Source: an uncultured Planctomycetaceae bacterium (GTDB lineage Bacteria > Planctomycetota > Planctomycetia > Pirellulales > PALSA-1355). From it: a stretch of DNA of 64,000 nt. Below the pieces are notes generated by a model. It had not been told where the DNA came from. It did no database searches and saw only the letters and a list, made by a program, of their open reading frames with translations. Made by a program: the position numbers and the translations under genes. This document shows, piece after piece, positions 57,148 to 64,000 of this stretch (position 1 is its first letter; each line of letters begins with the position of its first letter). The stretch is from assembly GCA_963785305.1 (NCBI GenBank), contig CAWAUV010000007.1, forward strand, positions 704,001 to 768,000. Direction: 5' to 3'.

Positions 57148-57624
57148 ATGATCTTTGTCCGGCGTCCTCGCCAGACGGTGTGGCGAGCGGCCGTTGTTGC
57201 CTTGCTTCTTTTTTTGCTTACCCATGCGATCTTGAGTAGCTGGCGCGAGGACAAGTATATCGACTCGCAGTCCGGTAGAATTCGCACGAAATTCGAGTTA
57301 ATGAGCTGCGTAATTTCCGATAAAGTAAACGATACTTCGTTTTCACGGATCGTGCATCGGATCGACGACGGTTCGCCTCGGCCCGACTGGAAGCGATATT
57401 TGTCGCGGTCATATTACGAGCGTATTTCGCCGCATTACGTGTGGCACTCGGTCCCGAATAGCCTCGAACTATTAACGGCCGAAGCCGAACCGGGAAGAGT
57501 TGAATCCTATTGCCGATATGCTATCTCGCTTCTTAGATCAAATCAGCCCGAGAAGGTAGTGTCGTTCGTCGACTCGGTTCTTTCTCAACCCGGTCCCGGC
57601 GGCCCGACGAAGCGGGGCAAATGA
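57148..57624 (+). CDS. Hypothetical single-TM protein with atypical (lower GC) codon usage
   Basis: TM 'AAVVALLLFLLTHAIL' then a soluble domain; start uncertain. Confidence 0.55.
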   Translation: MIFVRRPRQTVWRAAVVALLLFLLTHAILSSWREDKYIDSQSGRIRTKFELMSCVISDKVNDTSFSRIVHRIDDGSPRPDWKRYLSRSYYERISPHYVWHSVPNSLELLTAEAEPGRVESYCRYAISLLRSNQPEKVVSFVDSVLSQPGPGGPTKRGK

Positions 57625-57719
57625 TTTCGAGCCAACCGAGATGCTCGAGCCGAACGCCGCGCGAAAACCGGTTCCCGGGAGACGGGCCGTGCGCCGCGGA
57701 ATTGCGATTCAGTGTGTTG

Positions 57720-58125
57720 TTATTTCCGCAACCGCTGGCGGAGGGCGCCGACGGATTCAAGCCAATTTCTGATCTCGTTGCTCTCAGCCCACAGATCCAT
57801 CAGTTCGGAATTGTCGCCAAGGATGCGATCGACGATGGCGTTGGCACGAGCTAGTAACGCGGGGGAGGGCGTTAGGGGATGAGCGGCCACCCAGTCGTCG
57901 ACGTCCTCCGTATACGAGTTCTTGTATCCCGGATCGCCGTTTAAACGCGCCAGCACTTCGCGCAGCCAACGCGTTCGAGGCATCTGGAGCCTTAAGGTAG
58001 TTCTCGGCCCCGGAAACAGTATCGAAAGCGGATTCGACGAGTGAAAGGTCGTTGGCGTCCACTAAGCCATAAGCTCAGTCGTTTGCGTCATCGTTATCGA
58101 ATGCCAGAACGCCCCATGCACCCAT
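57720..58125 (-). pseudogene. DUF4259 family protein, disrupted
   Basis: AAGGAG RBS; MGAWGVLAFDNDDAND then in-frame TGA at 58075-58077 where Trp is expected; frameshift near 57960; C-terminal SELMDLWAE. Confidence 0.75.
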
Positions 58126-58192
58126 TGCGGCTCCTTTTGCGAACATCTTGTGCGATCGCAACATGAATGCAATTTCAGCGCAATAAAAATCA

Positions 58193-58211
58193 GCGGAGAG
58201 GGGGGGGTTCG
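58193..58211 (-). other. 3' fragment of tRNA-Ser, probable att site
   Basis: Minus strand CGAAC-CCCCC-CCTCTCC-G-C = T-loop half, T-stem, acceptor strand and discriminator G; the rest of the tRNA is absent. Confidence 0.7.
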
Positions 58212-58402
58212 TCCCATGCCTTTCCCCAAGTCGCGTCGCGGCAAGGCTTTGCGGCTCTAATCTGAATGGCCGTAATTGTTTGCGATTGCTCATCTATGAT
58301 TGTTCGTGATCCTGGCTTCTCACCTATTATCATTGAATTTGGCCCACTGGTCCAAACGGACCGCGAACGTCGCCGACGCCTCCAACTCATGGAGGTGTTC
58401 TC

Positions 58403-60364
58403 ATGGATCGTCGATCGAAGGAAGTAGTCGTTCCCAAAAACGGGCATATGTTGAAGGTGCTGGTGATCTGCCGGATTTCGGGTTGCGCACGGCAAAAAGA
58501 GGCCAGCATCGAGGATCAAGAGGATAACGCCCGGCAATCCGTGGCCGAGATTTTCGACGGGCCGACGCACTTCGAGATTATCGCGACGAAAGCCAAAGGA
58601 GAGGCGCTCGACCGCCCCGAGCTGGAACGGATCGCGACGGCTTACCGGTCCGGCGAATATGACTTGGTAATGATCGATGATCTCAGTCGTCTTATTCGCG
58701 GAGGCGAGGCGGCACGGCTTCTGGGCCTGGGCGTCGACCGCGGTACTCGGACCGTTTGCTTGCAGGATGGCGTCGATACCCTCGAGGCAACCTGGGAGCA
58801 GGATGCGCTGAATGCATGCAGCGAGAATGTCGGCCACAACGAGCGAACATCGCTGCGGATCAAGCAGAAGTCGATGAACCGCTTCAAGAAGTTTGGCCAA
58901 GCCGCCGCTCGCCCGCCGGTCGGCTACATCGTGCCGGAAGGCGCTAAAGGTTACGCTGATTGGCGCAAGGATGTGTCGAAAGCAGACACCCTAGAGGAAG
59001 GAAAAAGGCGGCTCTTGGCTACGAAAAACGCGTCGGCCGTTGCTGACTGGTTCAATTCAATCGGATTTCCGGTCGGCCGCTACTGTCGCCGGAAGACATG
59101 GACCGGGGCCATGGTTCGTCGCGTTTATCGGAATCCGATCCTCAAGGGCAAGCCATGGCGAGGCCGTACGCGGACGGTGAAACATCATGGCAGGGGACGG
59201 CGCATTTCCCGACTCAATCCGAAGGGCCCGATCTTCTACGACGCCCCACACTTGGCCTTTTTTGACGAGGGGGGGTTCGACGAGCTCAACGCGGGGCTCG
59301 ACGAGAAGTACTCGAACCGCGGTCGGCGTCGCGTGAATGGGTGTGATCCCCTGCTCGATGTGTCGCGTAAGCGGTCTCGGTTCCCAGGCAGGTGCGCTCG
59401 CTGTTGGCACTGCGGCCGCGAGTACGTTTGGGGCGCAAACGGCGTCACCGACCACCTGATGTGCAGTGGCGCGCGCGAATGGCGTTGTTGGAACTCGATC
59501 GGCTTCGACGGGCCCTTGGTCGCGACGAAGCTGACGGATCTCATCGGCAAAGCTTTGCTCGACCTTCAGGGACTGAGCGAACAGTTTGCCGAACTGGTGG
59601 ACCGTGCCCAGTGCGCGGGCAGGGAAGGATTGCCGGCCCAGTGGACCGAATGGCGCCGCCGCAAGGCCGAACATGACCGGGCGACGCTCAATTTGCGACA
59701 AGCCTTGCGCGAGCTTGGTCCCTTGCCGTTCGTGAAAGAGCAAATCGAGCAACTTGAGAAGGAAACACATCACCTTGATTCGGAGAAATACCAGCTTGAA
59801 CGCCTTGAGCGGAAACGGCTGGAACTGCCGGCGTCGGTCGGAGCGTTGAACGACCTGATGCGCGAGGAGTTCGGCCGCTTGGCGATCGAATCCTACGATT
59901 TCGCCGACTTCATGCGGCCGCTGATTTCGAGCTTTCATGTCTACCCCGTGCGGCTGGTGGATGGTGGAGGCCTGTTCTCGCGAGCGAAGGTGACGCTCAA
60001 CCTGGCGGGAAACTACCCGGATATCAACCTCATTCCAGAGTTGCATGGCCTAGTCATGAAGGAGGTTACGATCGACTTGTGGGATGTGCCCCCGCAGCGA
60101 GAGCAGATTCGTGTCGAGGCGGTGAAGTTAGCTGCATCGGGGGACTTGACCCGCAAGCGGATTGGCCAGCGCACCATGCCGAAGGTCAGCGGCACGGTCG
60201 TCGGCAACGCCCTGGCTTTGCACAAAAAGATGACCGACATGGGATTGATCACGCCTTGGCAAGTTGTCCACGAGCCGCCGATCGACATGCTGAAGTTCAG
60301 GCGGCATAAGAACCGCAAGTATCGGTTCGAGCCGGTTGAGGGTTATGAGCGGCCGGCGATTTAG
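58403..60364 (+). CDS. Large serine recombinase (resolvase, recombinase and Zn-ribbon domains)
   Basis: GGAGGT RBS; catalytic CRIS..Q..SIEDQ, DRPEL, DDLSRLIR; 'RNPILKG'; CWHCG...C...C ribbon; coiled coil; 653 aa intact. Confidence 0.93.
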   Translation: MDRRSKEVVVPKNGHMLKVLVICRISGCARQKEASIEDQEDNARQSVAEIFDGPTHFEIIATKAKGEALDRPELERIATAYRSGEYDLVMIDDLSRLIRGGEAARLLGLGVDRGTRTVCLQDGVDTLEATWEQDALNACSENVGHNERTSLRIKQKSMNRFKKFGQAAARPPVGYIVPEGAKGYADWRKDVSKADTLEEGKRRLLATKNASAVADWFNSIGFPVGRYCRRKTWTGAMVRRVYRNPILKGKPWRGRTRTVKHHGRGRRISRLNPKGPIFYDAPHLAFFDEGGFDELNAGLDEKYSNRGRRRVNGCDPLLDVSRKRSRFPGRCARCWHCGREYVWGANGVTDHLMCSGAREWRCWNSIGFDGPLVATKLTDLIGKALLDLQGLSEQFAELVDRAQCAGREGLPAQWTEWRRRKAEHDRATLNLRQALRELGPLPFVKEQIEQLEKETHHLDSEKYQLERLERKRLELPASVGALNDLMREEFGRLAIESYDFADFMRPLISSFHVYPVRLVDGGGLFSRAKVTLNLAGNYPDINLIPELHGLVMKEVTIDLWDVPPQREQIRVEAVKLAASGDLTRKRIGQRTMPKVSGTVVGNALALHKKMTDMGLITPWQVVHEPPIDMLKFRRHKNRKYRFEPVEGYERPAI

Positions 60365-60396
60365 CGTCTGCCTTTACCTGCAATCTCGTCCAAATA

Positions 60397-60425
60397 GACC
60401 CTGGCGCTGCGCCGGGGTTTTTTTT
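60397..60425 (+). terminator. Intrinsic terminator-like hairpin after the recombinase
   Basis: GACCCTGGCG-CTG-CGCCGGGGTT followed by a T-run. Confidence 0.75.
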
Positions 60426-60440
60426 CACAAGGAGGCTCCA

Positions 60441-60611
60441 ATGCCCCAGCAGCGCGACAAGTCAGCACATCCTCCCATTCCCGAGCCGGTCGTTCCCGGG
60501 TCTAGTCTCCACCGGCTCCTGCAATTCGTGGCCCAGGCGGTCGCGAAGCGGCTAGCTGGCGTTACTGGCGTGAAAATCGAAGAAGACGAGGAACCGCAAT
60601 GCCCCTCCTGA
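60441..60611 (+). CDS. 56-aa hypothetical protein
   Basis: AAGGAGG RBS 6 nt before ATG; amphipathic helix SLHRLLQFVAQAVAKRL. Confidence 0.65.
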   Translation: MPQQRDKSAHPPIPEPVVPGSSLHRLLQFVAQAVAKRLAGVTGVKIEEDEEPQCPS

Positions 60612-61109
60612 TCGCCTTCCGCGGTCGCCCTGCCAAACGCCGGCGGCGTTTGGCTATCGGTCTCAAGCCGAGATTCTACGCCCCAAGCGTGAAGAGCGTG
60701 GCGACCAGTTGGTGGTCAGCGACGCGCAGTGGCGGCGCGATAGCCATGTCACTCGTTTCGCTTCCAGCGAGCGGCCTGATATCCGGACATTGGCTCGGCA
60801 ATCTTCTGGCTTCTGAAGACGCGATTCGGTAGAGCGCGATCGAAGTCTCCGCCTCCGGAAAGAATCGCCTGTCCGTCAAATCGTCACCTCGGCGCCGTGG
60901 CGCGATGGGAACGTTCCTTTCGCTGAATTTTGGCCTAAAACGTGTCACAATAAGTAGCGAGGAGTCGAGCTATCGGCTTCTCTTTTGCCTCGCGGCGCGG
61001 GGCCCTCATCGGCGATATTGCGCGGGGCTGTTTTCGTTTCAACGTTCGATATCGATTCAGCGCCAATCTCGGCGCTGATTTTACAAGCACGATCCCCAGG
61101 AGACCCGTC

Positions 61110-61473
61110 ATGAGTCATGTCGTTTCGATCACCACGAAGCTCCGCGATCCGGTCGCGATCGCCGCCGCCTGCCGACGTCTGGGACTCGCCGCGCCCGAGC
61201 AGGGGATTTTCAAACTGTTCGCGGGCCAGGAAGCCCACGGCTGGGCGGTGCGGTTGCCGGGCTGGCGATATCCGGCCGTGATCGACGCCACCAGCGGCGC
61301 GGCGCTACGACAATTACGGCGGCCATTGGGGCGACCTCCGCCAATTCGACCGGTTTCTGCAAGCCTACGCCGTCGAAAAAACCAAGCTCGAAGCGCGTGG
61401 GCAAGGACACTCCGTCAGCGAACGCTTATTGGCCGACGGCAGCGTGCGGCTGAACATCCAGACGGCCGGCTGA
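61110..61473 (+). CDS. DUF1257 / Ycf35-like protein, frameshift near 61300
   Basis: MSHVVSITTKLRD..AACRRLGL..LPGWRYP, continuing YDNYGGHWG..FLQAYAVEKTKLEA..DGSVRLNI in the next frame. Confidence 0.85.
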
Positions 61474-61577
61474 GCGCCGCTCGATCGCCAAGCTCTTTTC
61501 ATGTCTCGCCAGCGAAACAGCCACTTAAAAAATCACGCGGCTCGAACACAGCGTCCAGCAACGGGAGAACGATTGCC

Positions 61578-61778
61578 ATGCCTCCGATCCTCGAAATCAC
61601 CGTCTCGCCCCAGGGAGAAACCACGATCCGGACCCAGGGCTACGAAGGCGCGAGTTGCCAGGAAGCGTCCAAATTCCTGGAACGCGCCCTCGGCGTGGTC
61701 ACGACCGACGCGCGCACATCCGAATACTTCGCGACAGCGCCGTCCCAACAACAACAGCAGCAACAATCAAGCAGCTAA
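61578..61778 (+). CDS. DUF2997 family protein
   Basis: ILEITVSPQGETTIRTQGYEGASCQEASKFLERALG..RTSEYF, Gln-rich tail; GGGAGA RBS. Confidence 0.88.
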   Translation: MPPILEITVSPQGETTIRTQGYEGASCQEASKFLERALGVVTTDARTSEYFATAPSQQQQQQQSSS

Positions 61779-61918
61779 TCGCTCCGGCGAACAACTCCTT
61801 CTCACAAGAGCCTCGGCGCTATTTGCGCGCGCGAGGCTCATTTCGTTTCCAGCCGGAACCAGCTCGAACCGGGCCGAACCATTCACAACAAATCCCCTCT
61901 CCACAAGGATCCATCTTC

Positions 61919-63399
61919 ATGCGACTCGCCGCGCAATTAAGCGACTACATCCACGCCGCCTTCACCGGACTCTGGATTCAGACCCAAGAACCCGACGAAG
62001 CCGAGCGCGAAATCCTGGAGCAGGGCCGCTCCCAAGGCTGGAACATCGCCGTTTGGGACATGGCCCGGGGCCTGACTGTTTTGGGCCCCGGCGCTGCTCC
62101 GCCGCGAGAACCCTCGGGCGGCGATCCGTTGGCGGCGCTGCGGGCGCTGCCGAGCCTCGCGCAGCCCGGCGGAACGTCGCTCCTGCTGCTCCACAATTTT
62201 CATCGGTTTCTCAATAATCCCGAGATCGTGCAGACCACGTTCATGGAACTGATCGCCGGCAAGCAGCGGCGCACGTTTATCATCGTGCTCGCGCCGACCG
62301 TGCAGGTTCCGCTCGAACTCGAAAAACTGTTCGTGGTCCTGGAGCACGCGCTGCCGGATCGCGACCAACTGGAATCGATCGCCCGGGAACTGGCCTCCGA
62401 AAATCCCGCCGACTTGCCGGCGGGTCGCGATCTCGAGCGCGTGCTGGACGCGGCGGCCGGGCTGACGCGTTACGAGGCCGAAGGCGCGTTCGCGCTCTCG
62501 ATCACGCGGCACAACATCATCCGGCCCGAGACGATTTGGGAGCTCAAGAGCCAAGCCCTGAAAAAGAGCGGCCTGCTCACGCTGCACGAAGGCAATGAAC
62601 GCTTCAGCGATCTGGGCGGCCTCCAGAACCTGAAAGACTTCTGTCGGCGGGCGCTCGTCGGCGACAAGCCGGTGAAGCCGCGCGGCGTGTTGCTCTTGGG
62701 GCGCCCGGCGCCGGCAAGAGCGCGTTCGCCAAGGCGCTCGGCAACGAAGCGGGCCGCCCGACGCTCACGCTCGATGTCGGCGCGCTCTACGGTTCGCTGG
62801 TTGGCGCGACCGAACAGAACGTGCGTCAGGCGCTGCGGATCGTCGACGCGATGAGCCCGGCGATTCTCTTTGTCGACGAACTCGAAAAAGCGCTCGCGGG
62901 CGTCGGCGGCCAGGGCGATAGCGGCGTCTCGACGCGGCTCTTCGGCACGCTCCTGTCCTGGATGGCGGATCACGAGAGCGATGTGTTCGTCGTGGCCACG
63001 GCCAACGACATCAGCCGGTTGCCGCCGGAACTGACCCGCGCCGAGCGACTGGATGGAATCTTTTTCTTGGACCTGCCGGGGCGCGAAGAGCGGCAAGCGA
63101 TCTGGGAAATGTATCTCGCCCGCTTTGGCTTACCCGTCCAGCAGCCGCGGCCCGCGGACGAAGGTTGGACGGGGGCCGAGGTGCGTTCCTGCTGCCGTTT
63201 AGCGGCGCTCTTGGGCGTGTCGCTCGTCGAGGCGGCTCGGAACGTGGTCCCGGTCTCCCGGACCGCCAGCGAGGCCGTGGAGCGGCTCCGGGACTGGGCC
63301 ACCGGCCGCTGCTTGGCCGCCGACCGGCCCGGCATCTTCAGCCGACCGGCCAACCCCAAGAGCGCCCGCTCCGTGCGCCGCGATCCGTCCAACAACTGA
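61919..63399 (+). CDS. Ycf46-like AAA+ ATPase, frameshift at Walker A near 62700
   Basis: Degenerate N-terminal ATPase-like domain (LHNFHRFL, PLELEK, AGLTRYEAE); DLGGLQNLK, PRGVLLLG, PGAGKS, ILFVDELEK, ATAND, LPPELTRAERLD, WTGAEV. Confidence 0.92.
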
Positions 63400-63486
63400 C
63401 GGAACCACGGAACGACTGGGGCACGAAACTCGGCGCAAACGCGCCGATCAACAACTTCGTCCGTTTCAAAAACGCGAAAAGGAACC

Positions 63487-63711
63487 ATGCCATTGATCCC
63501 TGAAACCATCATCGTGGCCGCGCTGGCGGTCGCGCTGTTGTTCATTCTGCTGGCGCTGATTCGCGAGGCCCGGTTGCGATGGGCCTTGCAGCGGCTGCTG
63601 GCCAAACTTCTCGCCCGCTGGAGAACCTCGCATGCGCAAAACCAAGAATCCGTTGTATCCCATCATGCTGATCGCCATCGCGATGATGGCGGCGCCGCTA
63701 ACCGGCTGTAG
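63487..63711 (+). CDS. Small single-TM protein with basic amphipathic helix
   Basis: AAGGA RBS; IIVAALAVALLFILLALI then REARLRWALQRLLAKLLARWR. Confidence 0.7.
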   Translation: MPLIPETIIVAALAVALLFILLALIREARLRWALQRLLAKLLARWRTSHAQNQESVVSHHADRHRDDGGAANRL

Positions 63712-64000
63712 CGACGATGAAAGACTCGTCTCGCTTTCACAAGAAAGCGCGAATCGGCAGGCCGAGCAGAATCGACAAATCGTCCGGCAGAGCGAGCAAG
63801 TGGCCGAAGCGACGCACGATCTGGTGCGCCAAGACGCCGCCGCCCGCACGGAACTGATCGCCGCCCAAAAGACTCTCGAAACGTCGCTGCAGAGCGAACG
63901 AGCCAGCCTCGACCGGCAGCGAGTGGCGCTGGCCGAGGAACGGCGCGACTTGGCCGCCGCGCGAGATCGAGCGCCGATCATCGCCGCCGCCATCACGGCG
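63632..64000 (+). CDS. Coiled-coil lipoprotein (partial; not in the ORF track)
   Basis: GGAGA RBS; MRKTKNPLYPIMLIAIAMMAAPLTGC lipobox, then a Q/E/R/A heptad-rich helix, open to the window end. Confidence 0.8.
   Translation, partial: MRKTKNPLYPIMLIAIAMMAAPLTGCSDDERLVSLSQESANRQAEQNRQIVRQSEQVAEATHDLVRQDAAARTELIAAQKTLETSLQSERASLDRQRVALAEERRDLAAARDRAPIIAAAITA

Larger units (their letters stand above)
58193..64000 (+). mobile_element. Probable integrative element (left arm; continues beyond the window)
   Basis: att-like tRNA fragment, large serine recombinase, co-oriented accessory genes, no housekeeping genes. Confidence 0.75.

Noticed and set aside
58075..58077. TGA-to-Trp or selenocysteine recoding
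   Set aside because: Single case in a gene that is also frameshifted; many intact genes end in TGA and use TGG for Trp.
58403..64000. Calling the element a prophage or ICE
   Set aside because: No structural, packaging, relaxase or T4SS genes in the visible arm, so the class cannot be assigned.

Overview
High-GC bacterial DNA, most likely a planctomycete (Pirellulales-like). This rests on a DUF1559 prepilin-like protein, a 'RRLGLESLESRRV' extracellular-protein leader, three Tat-leader Gfo/Idh/MocA oxidoreductases, a sulfatase and a PEP-CTERM-type protein. About 57 kb is ordinary chromosome: prs, a GlmU-like NTP transferase, tRNA-Arg(CCT), dapF, def, amt, aroF, pheA, ppx, nadA, purU and two-component genes. 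Roughly twenty genes, including housekeeping ones, are split by frameshifts. These look like long-read or MAG indel errors, so I stitched them together. The most interesting part is the right end. A 19-bp 3' fragment of a tRNA-Ser (probable att site, 58193-58211) is followed by a large serine recombinase and a co-oriented cargo: a small ORF, DUF1257/Ycf35-like, DUF2997, a Ycf46-like AAA+ ATPase, a small membrane protein and an overlapping coiled-coil lipoprotein. Recurring hairpin/T-tract motifs separate these genes. This is the left arm of a probable integrative element that runs off the window. Other notable items: two paralogous Asp-less pseudo-receivers bracketing a PEP-CTERM surface protein, an anti-sigma-like zinc-finger membrane protein with two CxxCH motifs, a 33-34-33 bp repeat pair, an in-frame 18-bp VNTR at a prepilin cleavage site, and a 36-aa basic ORF missing from the ORF track. 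All family assignments come from motif recognition by eye; no searches were run.
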